DNA of 64,000 bases from contig JAUMOL010000023.1 in the NCBI GenBank assembly GCA_031295385.1, positions 230 to 64,229 on the forward strand. The letters are read 5' to 3'. The translations under genes and the position numbers were made by a program. The DNA comes from Collinsella sp. (GTDB lineage Bacteria; Actinomycetota; Coriobacteriia; Coriobacteriales; Coriobacteriaceae). Positions within the stretch are counted from its first letter, which is position 1. Each line of letters opens with the position of its first letter. This document shows, piece by piece, positions 26,649 to 36,365 of the stretch. A model generated the notes under the pieces. The model was not told the origin of the DNA. It worked only from the letters and a program-made list of their open reading frames with translations, and ran no database searches.

Positions 26649-27418
26649 CGGCGCCCGCATCCGCGCCGGCGCTGCGCATCTTCGCCGGCACCACCGAGGG
26701 CCGCCTTCTGTGCGAATGGGCGAGCGGGGCGGGCATCCCCGCCCGTGCCTACGCGGCAACCGAGTACGGAGGCGAGCTTTTGGGCGAGCTTCCGGGCATC
26801 GAGGTGCATGCGGGCAGGCTCGACGAGGCCGACATGGAGCGCGAGCTTTTCGGCGCGCGCATCGTCGTCGACGCCACGCACCCCTTCGCTACGCTCGCAA
26901 GCGGCAACATCCGGGCCGCTTCGCTCGCCGTGGGTGCACGATGCCTGCGCCTTGCGCGCCCGGCCGAGGCGCTGCCCAAAGGCGTCGTGCCGGTCGCGTC
27001 GATTGCCTGCGCGGCGCGCTTTCTCTCCGAGAACCCGGGTCGCGCGCTTCTCACGACGGGGAGCAAGGAGCTTGCTCCCTACACGCGTGTCGCCGATTTC
27101 GCGGAGCGCTTCTTCGTGCGTGTGCTCCCGCTGCCCGGTGCTATAACGAAGTGCATCGACGCGGGGTTTTCGCCGTCGCACGTCATCGGCATGCAGGGGC
27201 CCTTTACCCGCGAGCTCAACGAAGCGATGCTTCGGCAGGTGGGCGCCCAGTGGCTTGTGACCAAGGACTCGGGAACCGTAGGCGGCACGGCCGAGAAGCT
27301 CGCCGCCGCGCGCGACGCGGGAGCGCGCTGCATCGTGGTCACCCGTCCCGCCGAGGGAGGCGGGGCCCTTTCGCTTCGGGAAGTGGAAGACGCGCTCTTA
27401 CGGGAGCTCGCGCGCTAG
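26645..27418 (+). CDS. cbiJ: Cobalt-precorrin-6A reductase
   Basis: Motifs IFAGTTEGR, VDATHPFA and LVTKDSG. GTGA overlap with cbiC. Confidence 0.85.
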   Translation: MTAPASAPALRIFAGTTEGRLLCEWASGAGIPARAYAATEYGGELLGELPGIEVHAGRLDEADMERELFGARIVVDATHPFATLASGNIRAASLAVGARCLRLARPAEALPKGVVPVASIACAARFLSENPGRALLTTGSKELAPYTRVADFAERFFVRVLPLPGAITKCIDAGFSPSHVIGMQGPFTRELNEAMLRQVGAQWLVTKDSGTVGGTAEKLAAARDAGARCIVVTRPAEGGGALSLREVEDALLRELAR

Positions 27419-27423
27419 GCGCT

Positions 27424-27440
27424 CTAATTCACCGCAACTT
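27424..27440. repeat. Half copy (right arm) of the AAGTTGCGGTGAAATAG element
   Basis: CTAATTCACCGCAACTT versus the consensus CTATTTCACCGCAACTT (1 mismatch). It lies in the 34-bp gap between convergent genes. Confidence 0.5.
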
Positions 27441-27452
27441 GTTGGTGGTGAC

Positions 27453-28667
27453 TTACTGGTAGCGTAGGCATTCCACCGGGTCGAGCTTTGCTGCGCGGCG
27501 AGCGGGGTAGAAGCCAAATATTACTCCGATGCCGACGGAGACGGCAAACGCGATCAACACGGTCGTAATGGAGAAGCTTGGCGTGATCGTCCCGGTGGCT
27601 CCAAACTCGCTCATGATGCCCGAGCTTGCGGCAAAGAACGTGAGCCCCCAGGCCAGCAGATAGCCAATCACGACGCCCAGAATGCCGCCAGTGACGCACA
27701 GCGCCGAGGACTCGGCCAAAAACTGCGCGGTGATATCGCGACGACTGGCGCCCAGGGCACGGCGAATACCGATCTCGCGGATGCGTTCCGTTACGTTGGT
27801 GAGCATCATATTCATAATGCCGATACCGCCGACAAGCAGCGAGATGCTGGCGACAGCACCCATGATGAGCGAGAATGCGCCCATAAAGGAGTTGAGTGCA
27901 TCGATAGCGCTTTTCATGGAGGTCGCCGATACGCTGTCGTACTCATCCTCCTCCCCGATGCCCTTCATCGCGCGCACCTTGGACTCGATGGTCTTACAAA
28001 GCTCATCCATGTCCGTGCCCTCGGCGGCAAGTGCCGTCACGCTGGGGAATGAAGGATTTTCATCGCCAAATAGTCCGGAGATAGTTTCGCGTGGCATATA
28101 CAGCGTGAGCGAGCCCATGGAGTCGCTGCCGCCATCAATCACGCCTACAATCTGCACCTCGCCGTTGGACACCTTGATGGTTTTCCCCAGCGCATCCTGT
28201 TCGTTGCCGTAAAGCTGATCGGCGCCGCCGCGGCTGATGAGCGCCACGCGCGAGCCTGATTGGGACTCGGCCTGGGAATAGGTACGCCCCGCAACGAGCT
28301 TGCCGGCCCCCACCGCGTCGAGCATGTCGCTATCGACGCCCTGTGCCATGACGGTATAGCTTTTATCGCCGGTCTTGTACTCGGTGTACGCGCTGTCGAC
28401 AATTCCGATCTGCTCTATCTGCGGCACTAGTTTTTGAAGCTTCTGAACGTCAGAATCGGTGAGTTCTTGGGACGAATAGATCTGAACCATACGAGCTGCG
28501 TTGAGGCCCAGGCTGTTGACCAAGCTGTTTTGGATGCCGCCGATGAGCGAAGTCATGGCAATAACAGAGGCGATGCCGATGACAATGCCCAGGATGGTGA
28601 GCAGGCTGCGCCCCTTGTTGGCCTCGAGCGAGTGAAGGGCTTCCTGGATGAGATCGCGGGCGCTCAT
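27453..28667 (-). CDS. ABC transporter permease, MacB/FtsX family
   Basis: N-terminal TM helix, large extracytoplasmic domain, then a C-terminal FtsX-like 3-TM bundle. ATGA overlap with the upstream ATPase. Confidence 0.85.
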   Translation of the reverse strand: MSARDLIQEALHSLEANKGRSLLTILGIVIGIASVIAMTSLIGGIQNSLVNSLGLNAARMVQIYSSQELTDSDVQKLQKLVPQIEQIGIVDSAYTEYKTGDKSYTVMAQGVDSDMLDAVGAGKLVAGRTYSQAESQSGSRVALISRGGADQLYGNEQDALGKTIKVSNGEVQIVGVIDGGSDSMGSLTLYMPRETISGLFGDENPSFPSVTALAAEGTDMDELCKTIESKVRAMKGIGEEDEYDSVSATSMKSAIDALNSFMGAFSLIMGAVASISLLVGGIGIMNMMLTNVTERIREIGIRRALGASRRDITAQFLAESSALCVTGGILGVVIGYLLAWGLTFFAASSGIMSEFGATGTITPSFSITTVLIAFAVSVGIGVIFGFYPARRAAKLDPVECLRYQ

Positions 28668-29437
28668 GCCACCACTCCTTTCGGCGGGTTGGCGGAGGCG
28701 GAAATTATGGGCAGGCTATCTACGGCGCTGCGCAGGGTCCGCGGTGCATGTGGAATATACGCGCCGTCGTGAATGCGACCGTCGCGGATGGTCACGGCAC
28801 GGTCGGCCTCAGCGGCGATTCCGGGGTCGTGTGTGATAAGAACGATGGTTTTGCCGCGCTTTTGGAGCTTATGGAAGGTCTCCATTACAAGCGCTCCAGT
28901 GGCGGAGTCCAGGTTTCCCGTCGGTTCGTCAGCCAAAATGATGGGCGGGTCATTAACGAGGGCGCGCGCGATGGCGACACGCTGCATCTGGCCGCCCGAG
29001 AGCTCGGATATGCGGTGGTCCCAGTGGTCGACCGGTAGCGTGACGGCCTGCAGCGCGTGGACGGCGCGCATCTCGCGCTGGCTACGGGGCACATTGGTGT
29101 AGGCCAGCGGCAGCATCACGTTTTCGATGACCGTTAGGCGCGGCAGCAGGTTGAAGCTCTGAAAGACAAAGCCAATGCTCAGGGCGCGAACTTCGGTGAG
29201 CTCGTCATCATCGAGCTCGGCCACGTTGAGCCCTTGCAGGTAATAGTCGCCCGCCGTCGGCTTATCCAGGCAGCCCAGGATGTTCATGAGCGTTGATTTG
29301 CCCGAGCCCGAGGGGCCGGTAATGGCGACGAATTCGCCGGGATTTACCGCCAGGCTCACGTTGTGCAGGATGTGGGCGCAACCTGCCTCGCTCTCAAAGA
29401 TGCGGTGCACGTTGCGAATGTCGATGACGGGGCGCAT
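28664..29437 (-). CDS. ABC transporter ATP-binding protein (MacB/LolD-like)
   Basis: Motifs GPSGSGKSTL, LSGGQMQRVAIARAL and ILADEPTGNLD. Confidence 0.9.
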   Translation of the reverse strand: MRPVIDIRNVHRIFESEAGCAHILHNVSLAVNPGEFVAITGPSGSGKSTLMNILGCLDKPTAGDYYLQGLNVAELDDDELTEVRALSIGFVFQSFNLLPRLTVIENVMLPLAYTNVPRSQREMRAVHALQAVTLPVDHWDHRISELSGGQMQRVAIARALVNDPPIILADEPTGNLDSATGALVMETFHKLQKRGKTIVLITHDPGIAAEADRAVTIRDGRIHDGAYIPHAPRTLRSAVDSLPIISASANPPKGVVA

Positions 29438-30873
29438 TACATACCCTCGTCGGCAGACATGCTGCCCGAATCCGTGCTATAGCCGCCGTCAGCCGTTGCG
29501 TCCGCTCCGGTGTCCATGACGAGGGTGTCGCCATCGCGCAGCTTGGTAACCGGCACGTTGGGGTTAATCTCGTTGCCCTGGTCGTCGCGCTTGACCTGTG
29601 TCTTGCCGACTACGGCTTCGTTGTCGTTTTGCGTCACGACGGTCACCTTCACGCGGCGGGTCTGCTTGCCCTCGTCATCGGTTGCCACGTTGACATAATA
29701 GTGTTCGCCGTCTTCGGTCATGAGCGCCATCGTCGGCACCATCACCACATCGTCGAGCTGCTCGGTCACCACCGAGACCTCGGCCGTCATGCCCGGCTTC
29801 AGGCGCGCGTCGGGCGCCTCGATGAGGATGTCGACGTTAAAGGTTACGCTGCCGCCGCCACTGTTGGCGGCGTCGGAGTTTGCCACCGACGCGATAGCCG
29901 TGACGGTGCCCTGGCTCACGATATCCGGAAACGCGGGATACGTGACGTTGGCGTTCTGCCCAACGGCGATCTTGGCGATGTCCTTTTCGCCCACCTGCAC
30001 GGTCACCTTCATCTTGGATAGGTCGGCGATCTGCATGCACTGCTTGCCGCCGCTCGTATCGCTTTCGCCCATGATCATGCCGCCTGTTACCGTGGCGCCC
30101 ACCTTGGCGTTGAGCTCCACGATGCTGCCCGAGCTCGGGGCCGTGACCGTACGGCTGGCGGTCTTGGCGTTCGCCTGATCGAGGTTTGCCTGGGCCGATG
30201 CGAGGCTACGCTGCGCGGCAGATACGGCGTTCGTGTCCGCTGATGCTGCGGGGGAGCCAGCCGCTGCGGAAGCTCCATCGACGTCCGTCGTTGGGGTGGC
30301 CTGCGCGGCGGCTGCGGCTTTCTGCGCGTTGGCGAGGTCTTCTTGAGCGGCTGTAACTGCACGCTGCGCCTCGGCAACGTTGCGATCGAGCTCGTCGTTT
30401 TTAATGGTCATAAGCACGTCGCCCTCGTTGACGGATTGGCCTGCCTGCACGTTGATTGAATCGACCGTGCCGTCGACAGAAGGGGAGACCACTGAGGACG
30501 AAATGGGTTTGAGCTGGCCTTTCGCCTCGACCGTTGTGGTAAATGTGCCCTCGGTCACCATGTCGGTCACAGGCCCGCTAGCGCCCTGTGGCTGCGCATT
30601 GATAACAAGGGTTGCGACAATGGCAATGAGCGCGATGGCGCCCACGACGCCGGCGGCAATACCGCGTCGAATCAGCTTTTTGCGTCGACGTTCGGCACGT
30701 TTTGCCTTGAGCTTGGCATAGGCCTCTTCATCGGAAATCTCGGCCGCATCGTTCGTGTGTCCGTTCTGCTTGTCGGCATGTACGTGTGTAATCAGAGGAA
30801 TCGTTTCGGTGGCACCTTCGGGCGTGTTCTCGGTATCATCCGGGCCCGGTGTGATCGTGGGGACATTCGGCAT
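29437..30873 (-). CDS. Efflux periplasmic adaptor (HlyD/MacA membrane-fusion family)
   Basis: N-terminal TM anchor, a coiled-coil (AEAQRAVTAAQEDLANAQKAAAAAQ), and beta-barrel-like C-terminal domains. It precedes the MacB-like pair. Confidence 0.8.
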   Translation of the reverse strand: MPNVPTITPGPDDTENTPEGATETIPLITHVHADKQNGHTNDAAEISDEEAYAKLKAKRAERRRKKLIRRGIAAGVVGAIALIAIVATLVINAQPQGASGPVTDMVTEGTFTTTVEAKGQLKPISSSVVSPSVDGTVDSINVQAGQSVNEGDVLMTIKNDELDRNVAEAQRAVTAAQEDLANAQKAAAAAQATPTTDVDGASAAAGSPAASADTNAVSAAQRSLASAQANLDQANAKTASRTVTAPSSGSIVELNAKVGATVTGGMIMGESDTSGGKQCMQIADLSKMKVTVQVGEKDIAKIAVGQNANVTYPAFPDIVSQGTVTAIASVANSDAANSGGGSVTFNVDILIEAPDARLKPGMTAEVSVVTEQLDDVVMVPTMALMTEDGEHYYVNVATDDEGKQTRRVKVTVVTQNDNEAVVGKTQVKRDDQGNEINPNVPVTKLRDGDTLVMDTGADATADGGYSTDSGSMSADEGM

Positions 30874-31005
30874 AGCGTCTCCTTTATAGAAAGAACCTCG
30901 TTAAGTATATGCGCCCACCGGTTGGGGCGGGCGCATGGGACGGTTTCTTTCGGAACTGTTAGATTGGTCGCAGCGGTTCCACGTTGTAGGAACGCGCGCG
31001 TTGCA

Positions 31006-32739
31006 CTACGAGTGGACAACCACGCACAGACCGACTTTGATGCAGTCGTGAAGTGCCTTGGCGTCTGCCAGGCGCAGGTTGATGCAACCGTGGCTGCCGC
31101 ACCACTTATAGGACTCGGCATTATCGAAGCTCTTGTCGTTTTGCCATGTAGCGTCGTGGAAGCCGATCATGTTGCCCTCAAACGGCATCCAGTAGCTCAC
31201 CGGGCTCTCGTATTTGGGCTTACCGGTCTCGGGATCCTTGGCTCCGATCAGGGTGCTGCCGCCGTCGTTGCTGTTGATTTGCCACACGCCCTCGGGGGTG
31301 GCGTCTTCGCCCGGTTTGCCGGAAATAAAGTTGGCCTCCCAAACGATATTACCGTTCTCGTCATAGTAGCGCGCGTGCTGCTCGGACAGGTCGACGTCGA
31401 TATACGCCCTCCAGTCGGGCTCTCCCTTTGCAGTAAAGGTGTCGGCCTTCTGGGAGTACTTGATCTCGATCTCGCCGGTCTGCTTGTTGTTAATGGCGTC
31501 CTCGACCTGCTTGGCGAGCGAGCTGCTGTCGATGGACCAACCAAAGTCGCCGCCTTCGACGGCGCACTGCTTGCCATCGGCGCGCGTCCACCAGCGAGTG
31601 GAGCCCACGGTATTAAAGCCGTTGGCGAGCTCGGCTGCCCAGCTACTGATCTGCGACGTATCGAGCGTGGGGTTGGCCGGATCGGCAAAGCTGATCCACT
31701 GCAACACGGAGCTGCCATCAACCTTGCCGGCATCCTCGCCGTTGAGCTTGAGGGTCACGTTGACGCCCAGGAAGTTGTTGGCGGCATCGCATGCGGCCTG
31801 AATCTGATCATCGGTCAGCGTTCCATTGAGCGGCTCATAGGCATCGTTGCCGAGCTTGGAAAGATCTACGGTCTCGGCCAGCGAGGCAAGCTCGAGCTCG
31901 GCATACTTAATGACATGCTCGCGGTTGAGTTTTTCGTTGGAGCGCGCCTTCTCGACGGTAAACTTGCCCGCTTGCTCGTCATAAGAGCTATTGGCCTCGA
32001 ACGTGCCCGAACGCCCCTCGTTAAACTCGTCGATGGCGGCGCCTAGATCCTTCTCAAACTTCTTTTGGTCAAAGGTGTCGGAGAGCATGGACAGGTCGAC
32101 GTCTTGATCAAGATCGACTTCGTTGGAGGTAGCGGTTGTTTTGGTTTTGCCGCTTAAGGATTCCACAAGGCGGACCGGCCATACAAAGGCTTCGTTGTGG
32201 CTGATGATCTCTTTTGCGGCAGCCTCTCCGTCGACGATGGGTTCATCGGACTCGGGCTGATAGGTCCAGCTAAAGTCATCGCCTGTCACGGTGAGCTTAT
32301 AGTGCTTCCATGCCGAGTTGACCTTGGTGGCGGCAGATGAAGCGTTGGAGAACGAGACGTCGACGCCGGCGATGATGGTGTTGGGGTAGGCTACCTGCGA
32401 AAATGCTACGACGCCTACGATATAGACAATGACGATTAGACCCAGGACGACAAAGAGCGTCGTCTTTTTGCCCGACTTATTGTTGCCGGCGGACTTGCGC
32501 GCGGGGCCGCGATCGCCTCGAGCGTGCGTGGGGGGCTGCTTGGGCGCATTGCCGTTTGCCTGGTGCTGCTGTCGTTGTTGACGCTGCTGTCGCTGTTGGT
32601 TCGGGCGTTGAGAAGCGTTTGCCGCACCACGCTGCTGACCGTGGCTCGGCGCGATAGGGCGCGGCGACTGAACGCCGCCGGCGTGCCTGCTCGGCTGCTG
32701 CGGATCGGGAATCAGTTGAGTTCGATCGTTTTGCGACAT
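31006..32739 (-). CDS. L,D-transpeptidase (YkuD domain) with Gln-rich cytoplasmic N-terminus, TM anchor and repeat domains
   Basis: C-terminal catalytic motif GSHGCINL. N-terminal QQRQQRQQRQQ stretch. The start is ATG 32739 or 32748. Confidence 0.8.
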   Translation of the reverse strand: MSQNDRTQLIPDPQQPSRHAGGVQSPRPIAPSHGQQRGAANASQRPNQQRQQRQQRQQHQANGNAPKQPPTHARGDRGPARKSAGNNKSGKKTTLFVVLGLIVIVYIVGVVAFSQVAYPNTIIAGVDVSFSNASSAATKVNSAWKHYKLTVTGDDFSWTYQPESDEPIVDGEAAAKEIISHNEAFVWPVRLVESLSGKTKTTATSNEVDLDQDVDLSMLSDTFDQKKFEKDLGAAIDEFNEGRSGTFEANSSYDEQAGKFTVEKARSNEKLNREHVIKYAELELASLAETVDLSKLGNDAYEPLNGTLTDDQIQAACDAANNFLGVNVTLKLNGEDAGKVDGSSVLQWISFADPANPTLDTSQISSWAAELANGFNTVGSTRWWTRADGKQCAVEGGDFGWSIDSSSLAKQVEDAINNKQTGEIEIKYSQKADTFTAKGEPDWRAYIDVDLSEQHARYYDENGNIVWEANFISGKPGEDATPEGVWQINSNDGGSTLIGAKDPETGKPKYESPVSYWMPFEGNMIGFHDATWQNDKSFDNAESYKWCGSHGCINLRLADAKALHDCIKVGLCVVVHS

Positions 32740-32888
32740 CGTATGCATATCCTTCGATTTTCGCCTTGCGGTTCATCGTGTTTTTACTGGGCTTGCATTA
32801 TAGCGATTGCCCTGCTGTTTGTGGTACGGAAACGGTGGCATTCAAAAGAGGTGGGACATTTGTCCCACCTTTGAGTCGTTCTTTGCCG

Positions 32889-34496
32889 CTATCCGCACAC
32901 ACCGCATTTTGCACAGGCCGAAAGTGCGGCCGGAGCCTGCGCGATGCCGCCCTTTGCCGTCTCGCGCAGCGTGGCCGGCAACGCGTGACCCACCGAGAGC
33001 ATGACATGTGCCATCTGGTCAAACGGCACCAGGCTCTTAATGCCTGCGAGGGCGAGTTGTGCCGAGCTAAAGGCCGCTGCCACGCCGATGGCGTTGCGGT
33101 TTTGGCAGGGCACCTCCACGAGGCCACCGACGGGGTCACAAACGAGGCCCAGCAGGTTACTCAGCGCGATGGAACTGGCGTCAAGCGCCTGCTCGGGCGT
33201 GCCGCCGAGCATCTGCACCAGCGCGGCGGCTGCCATGGCGGCGGCGCTTCCGACCTCGGCTTGGCAGCCGCCCTCGGCGCCGGCAACGCAGGCGCTTGTG
33301 GTGAGGTTGAGGCCGATGGCGGCTGCGCAGTAGAGCGCGTCCATGACTTGCTCGTCGTCGAGCTGAAGGTGATCGGCGAGCGCCAGCACGCAGCCGGGCA
33401 CAACACCCGCGGATCCTGCCGTCGGAGCTGCGACGATTACGCCCATGGTGGCGGAGCGTTCGAGCACGGCCATCGCGCGGGCCACAGCTTCGGTCTGAAC
33501 GGGGCCCATCAGGCTTGCACTCAAATCGTTGCGGCCGGTGGCTTCGACGAGCTTGGCCTCGCCGCCGATAAGCCCGCCGAGCGAACGCTGCGGATTGGCG
33601 ATGGGGGCCGTGGTCTCCTCGCGCATGACGTCGAGCACGCGGCGCATGGCGGCGACGGCGTGCGCCTCGCCGGTCAGGCGCGCCTCGCGCACGGCCATAA
33701 CGGCGCCGATGCTGAGCCCCAGTTCCTCGCACGCATCGAGCAGCTGCTCACCGTCGTCGAAGATTTCCTTGGCCGAGACGCCGGGGGAGAGCGACGAGGC
33801 AGAACCGGGGAGCTCGATAAAGGTCGCGTAATCGACATTGTCGAGTTTGCGCAGCATGGGGACGACGGTGTCGTCGGGTGCGCCGTCGGTCTCAAAGACG
33901 GAGTAGGCCTGGCCGCCCACCTCGGTGCGGTAGGTACGGCAAAACGCGATGTTTACATGGGCATAGGCGAGCAGGTTCGTGAGCGCGGCGAGCACGCCGG
34001 GAACGTCCTTGTGCGCCACGAAGAGCGTGGAATACATACCCGAGATGTCGACGCCGACGCCGTTAATGCGGCTGATGCGCATCTTGCCACCGCCCAGGCT
34101 CTCGCCGCGAACCTGTGCCGTGGCGCCCGTGTCGTCGACCATGTCGATGTCGACGGTGTTGGGGTGGATGGAGGCGTCGTCGCCCTTGATGTCAAAGTGA
34201 TATTCGAGGCCCTGCTCGCGCGCGAGGTCGAAGGCCTGCTTGATGTTCTCGTCATCGGTGTCGAGGCCAAGTATGCCCGCGACGAGCGCACGGTCGGTGC
34301 CGTGGCCGCGGTAGGTGTGGGCGAAGGAGTTCCACAGGCCAAAGGTGACTTTGGTGATGCGGCCTTCCAGCAGGCTGGCGGCAACTTGGGCGCACCGCAG
34401 GGCGCCGGCGGTGTGCGATGAGCTGGGGCCGACCATGACGGGGCCCAAGATCTCGAATGCCGAGGTCGTAGCTAGTGTTTGCGGCTTGCCTGCCAT
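32889..34496 (-). CDS. sdaA: L-serine dehydratase, iron-sulfur type, single-chain (beta+alpha)
   Basis: ATG at 34496 after AAAGGAG. Motif GPVMVGPSSSHTAGALR. Full-length similarity pattern to SdaA/SdaAB-AA. Confidence 0.9.
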   Translation of the reverse strand: MAGKPQTLATTSAFEILGPVMVGPSSSHTAGALRCAQVAASLLEGRITKVTFGLWNSFAHTYRGHGTDRALVAGILGLDTDDENIKQAFDLAREQGLEYHFDIKGDDASIHPNTVDIDMVDDTGATAQVRGESLGGGKMRISRINGVGVDISGMYSTLFVAHKDVPGVLAALTNLLAYAHVNIAFCRTYRTEVGGQAYSVFETDGAPDDTVVPMLRKLDNVDYATFIELPGSASSLSPGVSAKEIFDDGEQLLDACEELGLSIGAVMAVREARLTGEAHAVAAMRRVLDVMREETTAPIANPQRSLGGLIGGEAKLVEATGRNDLSASLMGPVQTEAVARAMAVLERSATMGVIVAAPTAGSAGVVPGCVLALADHLQLDDEQVMDALYCAAAIGLNLTTSACVAGAEGGCQAEVGSAAAMAAAALVQMLGGTPEQALDASSIALSNLLGLVCDPVGGLVEVPCQNRNAIGVAAAFSSAQLALAGIKSLVPFDQMAHVMLSVGHALPATLRETAKGGIAQAPAALSACAKCGVCG

Positions 34497-34521
34497 GGGT
34501 GCTCCTTTAATCTGTCCCGTC

Positions 34522-34641
34522 GTCCCGAGGGGCGGGGCATAAGGTCGCCTGCTCGGACAGTCCTGCTCGCACGGAGAGCACATTAAGTGCTCTCCGGCTC
34601 GTGCGGAACTCGCGATCGACCTTATGCCCCGCCCTCGGGAC
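34522..34641. repeat. 120-bp long hairpin (25-bp arms plus an inner 10-bp hairpin) in the sdaA leader
   Basis: Arms GTCCCGAGGGGCGGGGCATAAGGTCG (34522..34547) and CGACCTTATGCCCCGCCCTCGGGAC (34617..34641). Inner hairpin CGGAGAGCAC-ATTAA-GTGCTCTCCG (34572..34596). Confidence 0.8.
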
Positions 34642-34734
34642 TAAGGATACATGGTAGAGGCGCGTGTGCTCCAAAATTCATTGGGTGGTGACCTATTCCA
34701 TGTCCCGCGGTGGCTCATCTTCATCACCGGTTAA

Positions 34735-34772
34735 ATAAAAAAGAAGTACCGGTTGAAACCGGTACTTCTTTT
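34735..34772. terminator. Bidirectional rho-independent terminator downstream of metK
   Basis: Stem GAAGTACCGG/CCGGTACTTC flanked by an A-run (left) and a T-run (right). Confidence 0.85.
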
Positions 34773-34807
34773 GAAAGTGCATATGTTGTGACCTTAGCGG
34801 TTCTTAA

Positions 34808-36088
<1,281 letters not shown>

Positions 36089-36100
36089 GATTGTCCTTTC

Positions 36101-36137
36101 AAAAACGTGTCCCGGCGACCGTTACCATTCCGCCGGG
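36101..36137 (-). promoter_or_regulatory. Terminator-like attenuator hairpin immediately upstream of the metK RBS
   Basis: The minus strand reads CCCGGCG-N13-CGCCGGG, then ACACGTTTTT, then GAAAGGACAATC-ATG. Confidence 0.5.
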
Positions 36138-36194
36138 CTCTCTATGCAAGGGCACATCATAGCGCGTAAATCAAACATTCACACCCTTTCCGCA

Positions 36195-36284
36195 CCTACT
36201 CATTGGGGACAGACATAAATGAGCGGCCTTAAACTAAGAACGTCTCCAACGACTGGTCATTTAAGTCTGTCCCCAATGAGTAGG
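36195..36284. repeat. 90-bp long hairpin (28-bp arms) in the metK/gltX divergent intergenic region
   Basis: Arms CCTACTCATTGGGGACAGACATAAATGA (36195..36222) and TCATTTAAGTCTGTCCCCAATGAGTAGG (36257..36284), with 1 mismatch. Confidence 0.8.
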
Positions 36285-36365
36285 TCGGTGCCCTTTGTGC
36301 GGAGGTTGCTTTGATGCTTTATACTGGTGCGGTTAGACATCCATCCTGCAATCGAGGAGATTTCC

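Noticed and set aside
36089-36330. A canonical SAM-I, SAM-IV or SAM-VI riboswitch upstream of metK
   Set aside because: The conserved cores (for example GAGGGA...GCCC...GCAACC...GGTGCTAA for SAM-I) were not found on the minus strand. The region is reported instead as an unclassified structured leader.
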